A stretch of DNA of 64,000 nt from Chrysomallon squamiferum (taxonomy: Eukaryota; Animalia; Mollusca), in assembly GCA_012295275.1 (NCBI GenBank), contig CM022677.1, forward strand, positions 9,176,001-9,240,000, in the 5' to 3' direction. Both the position numbers and the translations under genes were made by a program. This document shows positions 1 through 11,000 of the stretch, one piece after another. Every line of letters begins with the position of its first letter. Positions within the stretch are counted from its first letter, which is position 1. The notes below the pieces were generated by a model. That model worked only from the letters and a program-made list of their open reading frames with translations. It did no database searches and had not been told where the DNA came from.

Positions 1-1419
1 TGAATAGTTATTATCTAAATGCACATATTATAATTTATATATTTAGCGTTTTGTATGTTACCAAACTACCGTTTTGTTTTCAAATACGGACAATAAATTT
101 TATTAGTAGAATTATATGGTACTCTGTCTGACTGACTGATTAATTGATTGATTGATTGAAATATTACCTTTCAAACCTGTTCTCTACCAGATCCTACATT
201 TAATAATTTTATTATTATTATTATTTAATTTGTATGTATTTTCCTATACAAAAATCAATATAAAATATCGTTGTTCAAGTCTTCTTCGTTTAATTGTACA
301 CTTATTAAAATTGTGAGAAAGTTTATTTTATATCGATATAGATAAAACAACAACAATAATAATAATAAAATTTATAATGACAAATAGTTAAAAAAATTAA
401 AATAAAACAGTGATAAAGAAAAGAATCGTCAGTTTTGATTCTTGACACACACACACACTGAGGCATTAATATGTGTACGTTTATACCTATCTACCTAAGT
501 ACACACATTATACACACAAATAAACAAAACATGCATACATATATATTAGAATTTAAGTGTGTTTGTGTGTCAGTTTATCTCTGTTTGTAATCTCTGGGTA
601 TACTATCGCGAAATTTACAAACGATACATTAACTTTGTTGTATCGATATATATATATCGACTGTTACAATTAATTAAAACATTTTCTTTTTTTTTGACCA
701 ATAATTATAATAAAACAGAGAGTTCTGGATGAACTGCACTTTGCTGTTATCAGTTAAAAACAACAACAACAAAAACAAAACAAAACAATTAAAGACAACA
801 TGTACCGTTAGTTTTATGGTTTATACAAACTCCCTTTGTGTCACGCGCGCACTCTCACGTACACACGCACATACATATTCACACATACACAGACACATCG
901 TATAAAAAGTTTATTAAAGAAAAAGAGTGTTTTTCTGTTTATTGATTTTATTTGATTTATGTGATTAAATAAACAAGTTAATATTAATTACTATAAATCT
1001 GATAAAAGATACAAATAATAAATTTCTCCGATGCTGGAGATACATAAACTGGATATAGGCCTACATACTGCATGCTGGAAAGTGAAAAGTAGTAAATAAC
1101 GTCCCCCTGCATAACACACCCACAGACATCATCGATCATAAATAACAACAGTAATATACAAACAACATTAACTTATGATAATAGTCATGACATCGTAAAA
1201 AAAAAAAAAAAAAAAAATCCCACGGCATGCAAGTGCGCACCGTTTGGTTTATCATTAAAAGGTGAAAGAAAAAAATGCTTTATAAAATATATTTTCATTA
1301 TTTGTTATCGGAAATAACTATATTTATCTTAATGGTGTCTGCTAGCAATCAGCAAATAATGCTTAATGGAAAGCTAAAGCAATTAACCGTTATTAACGGA
1401 TCAATGATTATCTAACAGT

Positions 1420-1520
1420 TTCGACCGGAAGAAAATTAACACTTGTCAGATAACAAGTAGTATGCTTTTCGCGCATGCGCCGAAAAACAAAATACCATTT
1501 ACACAAATCCAAAATGTCGA
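1420..1520 (+). promoter_or_regulatory. Putative housekeeping-type proximal promoter of the RFX7-like gene
   Basis: ETS core ACCGGAAG at 1424-1431 and a perfect NRF1/EWG palindrome GCGCATGCGC at 1471-1480, 90-150 bp upstream of the ATG. DRE-like TATCGATA occurs at 331-338 and 641-648. Confidence 0.5.
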
Positions 1521-1570
1521 CATGTGCTTTGTTTAGGGTTTATGTCAAACAAAAATTCTCCTGATCTAGT

Positions 1571-4500
1571 ATGTATCAGGCTTTTTCAGAAGACCAAGAG
1601 CTGAATAACGATGTAGAGAATAATAATCAAAGAGCATGGACGAAAGACGGACTTGCAGACGGGCCGGCTGATCCGAATGACGAAAAGGGCCCGACCAATG
1701 TTTACAATGGGGAAACGACTGCAGACGGAGTTTTTGCGGGAAAAGACACAAAACAAACTTTGCCTCCATCAAACGAATCTCGTTTCAGTCATATCAAAGA
1801 TGGTCTTGAAACATCTGTCAGGTGCGTGGTTATTTTCTAGAAGTGTTTGTTGATGATTCATTATGCATCATAGCTGAGGTTTTTTCTTGGTGTTTTTTAT
1901 AATTTTTATTTTTTATTTTTTGGTACCTAATGTTAAATGTATATAGCATACCATTGTTATTTCTGAACAAGATTTATTTACCTTCGGTTTAACAGCCGAT
2001 CTGGTTTTCATTTCATCTGGTACTTGTTCAGTGCAGTAATACCAAGATGAAACAGAATGTAATCAGGTGTTGACTTCCAGAAAATATTGGCAGTGTTGGA
2101 TTTGAGATAATTGTTTGCATTTGTACTTAGTATTTTAATGTGATCTTGTTTGTTGTTGTTGTTGTTTTATTGTCAGATATAACAAGTTCATATAAAAATT
2201 GTACATTCCCATTATCATTTACTAGACTTCTAATCTGTTATTAGTGTTAATATATTTCTTCAAAAAATTAAAACATTTCAAAGATTCCTCTTTGCTTTCT
2301 GTACTGTCACAATAAGTCTGGATTGGGATATGTACTTACAAACAGACACATACGCATACACATACATGTATAAAAACATACAGTATATACAGAAGGTTAT
2401 TATTTTGTATAAATATATTCATGTAAAGAATATAATTAACTGAACAACCTGACAGAACTCACCGGCAACAGACAGTTTGATTTTATTTAATTGCAATTAA
2501 ATAAACTTGTTAAGCGTTAATGCATTTGATGCAATTATTTATAGGAATATTTTTGACAACCAAGTAATTTGAACATTGTTCAGAGTATTTGTACCCTGAA
2601 CATTTTCATTGATTCCCACCATCCCTTTCAGAAATGCTGAGGAGACCACTGTATATATATGTATATCCATTTAGGGTCTCTAATCGGAACAATTTTATAA
2701 AAATTACACTTTTCTTTGCAATACCTTCAAAGGGAGATTTGTTATTATAAATTACTGTGTATTCACAGCATAAAGATTTAAAAATCTGTTTTCAGTGTGG
2801 AGGGCAAGGAAAGGATTGACAGAATAGTTGTAAGTAAAATATTACTAAAAATTAGTTTAAATTTATATTTTTGTTTTAAAAATGATTCTGACAACTCTAA
2901 AATAATTCTAGCTCATACAGTCATGATACTTTTTGTTCCAGAAGATAGTTTAGTAATAAGATCATTAATAATAAAAACAATAATTCTGTCTCTATACTGC
3001 TCAGGGAAGAAAGTGTTGCCAGTGGCAAGCTCTGAAATTGTGCATCTGTCCAATCATATGACACCTATCTTTAAGATAACTTTACAATAACATCAGCTCA
3101 GTCAGGTTTTAACAGAAGGTGCACAGTGGCGCCCCCAAGTGGTGTCCAAGGCTTGTGTCATAATTACATCACTTTACGTGTTTCTCTTGCAATGAAATAT
3201 AAAAATTTAATAACACAGTTGTTTATTACGACAGGTACAAATACTTGTTATAAATATATTATAATGTTAAAATAGCTGAAATTAATTTTAAAGTTGTCTT
3301 CTTATGCATTGTTAATAAAGCTGTGTATAATTATTTTTTTTTTTTAATGTGTCATGTTTCAGAGTGAGGTGAACAGTTTGTCTGATGTAGAAAAACTGCT
3401 GCTGTATTTAAAACTGCCAACAGGTGCTGCCTCTGAAGACCAGACGAGACAGTGAGTTATCTACCTTTACTATTCTTTTTTTTTTAAAATATAAAGATTA
3501 TATCATTCCTCAAATGTAATTTGGCCAACTTCAGGATGGAAATTTAAAAAAAAAGGAAACATTTAAGAAAGAAAGGTCTGCATATCAAAATAAATGTGTG
3601 TGTAAGTTGAGGAATTTATTTTTGTCTTCAATTTCTTCTTCAATATTTTTATTTGTGTCACAACTAAATGATTTCAATTCTCTATCGTTGTTAACAAATA
3701 ATGTAATAAGATTATTAAGTATTATGTTATAATAGTGTTTAAAATATCTGATATTGTGTGTTTTTCAATCAGGACTCCTACTTCTTTTCTTCATTCATCA
3801 AACCGTATTGAACAAGCTCATGCATTTACCTGGATACGAAGTCATTTAGAGGAGGATGCCGAAATCTGTGTTCCTAAACATGAAGTCTTTGATGACTACA
3901 GGTATGCTGTGCATATCTTAATATATTATTCAGCACAGTACAATACTTGATATATTGTACATTATATACTCAACATTTCTTGTCATTAGTATGCTGTAAA
4001 TGTTTTGATTTATTATACAGTACCCTGTACATTTCTGGTTATATTATACAATTATGCTGTACATTTTTTGATATCTTTGTCAGATAAGCTGACTTGATAA
4101 ATAGGTATACTCTGCAGTTCCTGACATATTATACAGGTATATTGTACATTTCTTGTATACTGGTACTGTAACCAACATTTCTTGATATTATTCAGCTGCA
4201 CTTCATATTTCTTGATACAGAATGTGCTGTATATGTCTAGATACATTATACCTTTTGTGTATATAATGCAGTGTACATGTCTGGATATATTTTACATTGT
4301 ATGTTTCTTTGTTTACCATACACAGCAGATTTGTTGTAAAAAAAAAATATGTATATATAGATAAAATTTTTTTTATTTTTTTAAATGAACTAATCTGATA
4401 TTAACATAATTAATAAAACAAGCATTAATGTTATCATCACCATCATTATTATTAATTATTCTCGTTATCTTTATCATTATTATTCATCATTATTATTCAT

Positions 4501-4977
4501 GTTATTCATAATTATAATCATTATTATTATTGTTATTATTATTGTAATTGTTATTATTATTACAATTAATATTAAAATTGTATTATTAATGTTTTTATTA
4601 CAATTATTACTATTATTATTGCTATTATTTCTATTATAATAACTGTTATTCTTTTTTTATTATTATTATAACTATTATTTTTATTATTATTTCTATTATT
4701 ATTACTGTTATTGTAATTATTATATATTATTATTATTTTATCATTATTATTTTTATTATTTTATTATTATAATTATTATTATTACTATTATTAGTTGTTG
4801 TTGTTGTTACACAGGTTGTACTGTGAGAGTCACACACTGAAGCCACTGTGTCCAGCTGACTTTGGAAAGGTGATGAAATGTGTCTTCCCTAACGTGAAAC
4901 CACGCCGACTGGGACAACGCGGCCAGTCCAAATATCCTTTAACACACACACAGAACACACACAGACACACACACACA

Positions 4978-5022
<45 letters not shown>

Positions 5023-8000
5023 ACACATACACATACACACACACACACATACACATACACACATATACGTACAGACAGCACACACGCACATGCATACACA
5101 CCCATACAGAAACACAGAACACACACACACGAACACAGAGACATACAGACATACATACAGACACATGCACAGCACACACACACACACAGACACTCAAATA
5201 CATACACACACACAGAACACACACAGATGCACATGCACACGCACATGCAAATAACAGAAGATCTACAGACAATAATCTGGTATATTTCACAGTATATATA
5301 AAAATGTTATTTACTTTGACTGTAATTAAATATTGTTATAGTGGTTTGCGCAAGAAACTTGAAGTCCAGCCGCCATCATTGCCTGAGTTAGAAGTCTCAC
5401 CAAAACGAGAAAGTGTAAGTTTTCTGTATAAATTTTACTTAAATTATGCTGAATGTAATTATTTCTTGTTGTAATTATATACTGTACATTTCTTCATACA
5501 TTTTAAAGGTACACTGTATATTTCTTGATTATATTTTGCAGTATACTGTAAAATCCTTGATATATTATACAGATATTTTATACTGGTATGCTGTACATGT
5601 CTTGATATATTATACAGGTATGCTATACATGTCTTGATATATTATACAGGTATACTGTACATGTCTTGATATATTATACAGGTATACTATATATGTCTTG
5701 ATATATTATACAGATGCACTACATTACTTGATATAATTATTATAAAGGTATACTGCACATTTCTTGATATATTATATAGATATATATTGTACATTTTGTC
5801 ATTATCAAATTTATAAATTATGTATAAAAGCATTTAGACTTATTTCAAAGGTTCACAATTCTAATCTGTAGATTCATAATGATTACTATTTCATTTGAAT
5901 AAATATGACTTATTTGAAGATGACAGATCTTTGTCTTGTGTCTTAGATTTGCTGGAACAGTAAGTCAGAGACAAAATGTTTTTAGTCTGTACTGATTATG
6001 TTTTAATATTTGTATTGATAGTTTTTATTTTGTTGTAATATTTTACATTTATTAAGCATATTTATATATAATTATTTTACTTGCATTTGTTTATTATAAT
6101 TTCCTGTGCATTTTTTTTTATTATTCCCTAATTTATTTTCAAAAATGTTTTGGTTGTGTACAAAATCTATTTTAATCCGTTTGTTATTTCATACTGAATA
6201 GATTTTTTTATTTGGTGTCATACTTTGTTGTCAGGTAAGATTGTTTATCAGAAACAGATAGTAACTAGGAAGGTTACGAAATCTGTTTTAATTTGTTTGT
6301 TATTTGGTGTCATACTTTGTTGTTAGCAAATATTGTTCATCAATAATAAATTGCTAGGAATGTACTAAATCTGTTTCAGTCTGTTACTGAATTTTTTTTT
6401 TTAGTTCGCATCAATCTTTGTTGTTATCAAAGGTTGCTCATCAGTAATAAATAATGACTTTCAGATTGAGTATTCTGAGGAGAATGAGCTCAATGTTGCA
6501 TCCAGGCAGCTGGTGTGTGAATGGGCACAAAAACTGCTTGGACGGTCATTCGGTCAGCTCCAGGAACTGGCCGAATTCCTCGTGGGCAACTTGTATGTCA
6601 ACAGCAAGTCAACAGCAGCATTCACAGTGCTTGCAGCAATGCAGGAGGCAGGACTACAGAACTCTAAAGGTGTGGTAGTTGTAGTTCAATGGAAATGTAT
6701 TTATACTCTAAAAGACTTGTTAGTTCAGATAGCATCTAATTTGCAGGCTGGGTGTACATCCACTTGTCCTAAATAGATACACACAGAAATCATATTGGTT
6801 AGCTCTGTTTCTTGTTGTTTGATTAATAACTGGAATGTATTAATGTTTAGTAAGTCTTATTACTGGGTTGGAACATATGTTCCTAGTGTTCATCCTCTTG
6901 GAGGATCAAATCATGTAGCTTCCTCAAAGATGGCTTATATAGTGGAAATATTTAATTATCTTTTACATCAGGACATCTTTTTTACACATATATAAAAAAA
7001 ATTGTTTCATCTTTTCAGTTCCTGTGTCCAGTCTATTTACCAGTTCTTCAGGAGGTAACAAACACAAGGAGATGCAGCTACAGTTGCAGAGGAAGCTAGC
7101 CGAGCGAGAACTGATCAAGGAGCAGAAGAAGAAGCTACAGCAGCACCGGTCCGAACTGGAACAGGAGAATGAAAAGTTGAGATCTGAAGGATTCCTTACC
7201 CCCTCACCAGCGTTTCAGTCTCCGGTCAAATATGCAGCTCGTAACATCACCAAGTTACTGCAGTCACCCGTCAGTCACTCGCAGTCGCGAAGGATCCCAG
7301 AATCTCCGAAGTTACTCAAGTCTCCAATGTCGTTTCTCCAGACAAGCGAAGCGAGGACGCTGGTTACTCAGTCTGTGATGAGTAATGAAGTTTCTGAAAA
7401 GATGAATCAGTCGCCGGTGTTGTTCACTACCACGCAGAGTGAGAGTGTTTGTTCGTCTTCAAGAAATGATGTAGTTGTTGTTCAGTCCTCTGTTGGTGAT
7501 GGTGGTGATGATGTAACATCAGCAGGGAGAGATACACCAAAAGAAACTGTCGAGAATGTGAGGAAGACAAGACCAGATGCCATGGAAACGGATACCACAG
7601 TGAGTCACTCAGTGGTCACGCAAATACTTCTCAACAATGTGAAGTTGAATTTTGATGACAGGAATTCAAATGAAGTGTTTTCAGTTAGTGAGTCGGGTAA
7701 CAAACAGTCTGGTGAACATCAGACTGTGAAGTCCACTGAAGTTCAGAAGTGAAAACTTCTGAAGTTCAGAATTCAGTGAGGACAGAAAAGATTCACATTG
7801 TAAGAAAACCATCTGTAAAACCATTCTCCAGTAGCATCACCTGTCCAGCTCTTTCACAGGGTGGGAACTTGATGCAAGCAGATGGCAAAAGAAAGGCAGT
7901 ACACACCAGCATGTTAAATGTGAGTCTTTCAGAAAGCAGTAAGCTGGAAAGCAGTAAGAACAGTAACGAGAACACAAATCAAGTACCAGCTAGTTGTGGA

Positions 8001-11000
8001 ACATTGCCCAGTGCGTTCTGCAGTGCTTTTGTTCCTGTCACCAATTCTCGCAAAGAAACGAATTCTGATTCTTCCCCACAGAGGACGTCGACGTCTGCAG
8101 AGGAATCTGATGGAGAAGGGAATCAGATGCAGGTAGATTCCAGTGACCAGTGTCGTGACAACAATGATGATGATAAAAAGTCTGTGACAGCGGGTGATGG
8201 ACCAGTGTTGGCATCACCACAGACCACTAAACGAGCTAGATGCAGATTTGCACCAATTCGACCAAAAGTTTCTCCAATCAAAACCATATCATCAATCCTG
8301 AAAGAAGCCAAAGGAGTTGAGAATCAGGGTCCAGCTTATGATAGCCGGCCAGTGTCAGCCATCTTGAAAGAAAGAAGAGCCAAAGAGGCTCAAGACTTGT
8401 TAGCTCAGATAGCATCTAATGTGCAGGCTGGGCGTACATCAACTCCTCCTAAACAGATACACACAGAAATCATTAATCTGCCTATCACTCCATCCAAAGG
8501 CTTGTCGAGCATTCCAGCTGATTTGATCAAACTACCAGTAGCAGCAAACTCTGGAACAAACACTTCTGATGTCTTCCTTATTGTAAACACTCCAAACAGT
8601 GGAAGTGTTCCCAATCAGCCTGTTTCCAGAGTATCCAACGCACAAACTGTAATATCCTCGTCATCATTGTCGTCATCATACCAGCAGCTTGCTCCAACTT
8701 CATTAGTATCTGTTCATGTTGGCTCTCAGAAAAACACAAACTCTTTGTCTTGTTCTCAAGCTGAGTGTGTGGACAGAAGCACAACAGTAAACCATGAAGA
8801 TTTGGAAACCAGTCATTCATTATCAGGATCAGTGATTTTTACATCAGCATCATTGTCACAGACCAAGCAGAAAGATATGTCTCTCTGCTTGAGTTCCTCA
8901 TCCTCTACGACGACGTCTGTGATTTTAACATCTGCTCTGTCACATTCCATACAGAAAGATCTGCCATCTACTATAGAATCATTTGCAAATGTAGTCAATT
9001 CACAGCATCCAGCAACAGTATTTATAACATCCAGCCCTATGCAACAAGGACCATCTGAGTCTCAAACTAATTTATCAGCATCTTCATCAATATCATCAAC
9101 ATCGACATCATCAGCAGCATCAGCTGTTTGTCATTCTGAAACCGAAATGGGGAGTTCTTCACCACTTCATAACAGCAGTTTGACCTTCACAAAAAATGTC
9201 TATGATAGTAACATGAGAGAGAGATGTTCACCTAGACATGAGTTGATCAGAAATGAACATTTGAAAAAGTTCAGAGTTGTCTTCAGTAGCTGTTCAGATC
9301 TGTCTTCTGTGAGAGACAACACAGACATCACTGGCAGAAAGAGAAAATCAAGTGCTCAAGAAACTGAAAATCACAGTTCCAAGAAACTGAATTCATCTGA
9401 AGTAAGACTAGAAGATGATGATGTCTTTGTGCTTCCTCTGGCCTCTTCAAAAGAAACCACTGACCAAAGAATCCACTCCTGTTATTCTGACTTTAACAAT
9501 TCCTTAGCTGACATGAAAAACTTCCAGCTTTCAACACAAGGTAGAGTGACACAGTCTGTGGCAGATCACAGAGACATGAACACAAGTGTTACAAATGTCA
9601 GTAGCTTGCTACGACAAGCAAAGAAACAGACATCAGGTGATGTTGGTGAACAGAGAAAAGATTTGAACAGACAGAGTGTTAAAATTTCAGGTGGCAAACT
9701 AAGTCTGGAGAGTCTGGAGAATGATGCCTTACTGGACTCATCTCCATCTCTTGTTGACCAGGATCTTGTCACATCACTTGGATCAAAATCTGCTCAGACT
9801 GCCTCAGTTGGTGTCAATGCCAAATCACTGAATGCAACCCAAAAACAGCTGATGCATCAGAAGATGAAGCTGGACCAGCAGTTCAATCACTTTCTGAACA
9901 AAGCAAAAAGTTCTGATGCATCCAGTGATATGAAACAGATAGACAAAGCCAAAGCAAAACAACTTTTGAGAATTTTGCAGCAGACTCAGCTTCAGAGACA
10001 GGCCAGATGTTTGCCATCAGCAAGTAGCCAACCTGTGAATCTGTTAAGCCTTCTACAGGCTGGAAATATGAAACAACTACAACAACATCATTCTCAAGAA
10101 CAACAACATCACCATCAAGAACAACAAGAACATCATCATCATGAAGAAGAACAACAGCAACAAAAAAAGCATCAGCAGCAGCAACAACCACAACAGCAGC
10201 AGAAGCAGCAGCAACTGTCAAATAAAACTGAGAGAGTAGACAAAGATCAGAATCAGAACAGTCTAGATCTGCAGAGCAGACTGTTTGTTGATAACTCCCA
10301 GCAAGATCTCTTTTTCCTTGATCAGCCCAAGAAGGACGCAGCTCAGTCCCATGATGCTCAGCGAGAATCTATTTTAAACTCTGAGCTGCCTTCCGAAGTA
10401 GCTGACTTCATCACAGAACATTCCCAGTTCCAGCCAAAAATGTCTGACATTAGCTCCTCCGAGTTCCACATGTTTCATTTAGAACCAGAACCCTTCACCA
10501 TACCTGAAGCTCCCTCTGTGAGAAGCAGACAACACTCTGAAGTGAAAAACAGATACGTACCCATGCAGCGAAGTCTGTCCATGCCAATGTTTGCTCCAAC
10601 GCTTGTTCAGCCAAGTGCACCAGCCCCTACATCAGTCAAATCCAGTGAACTTTCTGCCAGGTTTCCTGCACAGAATCAGAAACAAAACTCTCTGGAGAGA
10701 CTGAACAGTGAAACTTCTCTTTCTGATGGAGGTTATGGCAGTTTCGAAGCAAGTCCACTGACAAATTTGACTCCATGTTCATCTGTCAGCACCGAGGATG
10801 ATTTCATCACTTCATACACACTGAGATCTGATATTGGTTTTTCTAACACCCAGTCTCATGTTCCACAACAGTCAGTGAATAGCATCAGTGTGTCCAGCTC
10901 GGATCAAAGTTCACTTGGAAGCTTCATTTCACCCAGTGCTTTCATGCCTATCCAAGGAGGAGTTGTGAATGGGTCCAAGACTCACAGAGTGACTCTGATC

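Noticed and set aside
1337-1350. X-box-like GTCTGCTAGCAATC in the RFX promoter
   Set aside because: Lacks the invariant terminal AAC, so it is too weak to call.
4932-5301. His/Thr-rich extension of ORF 4795-5301 after QSKY
   Set aside because: Read-through into the U12 intron (CA)n tract. The conserved DBD continues at 5330.
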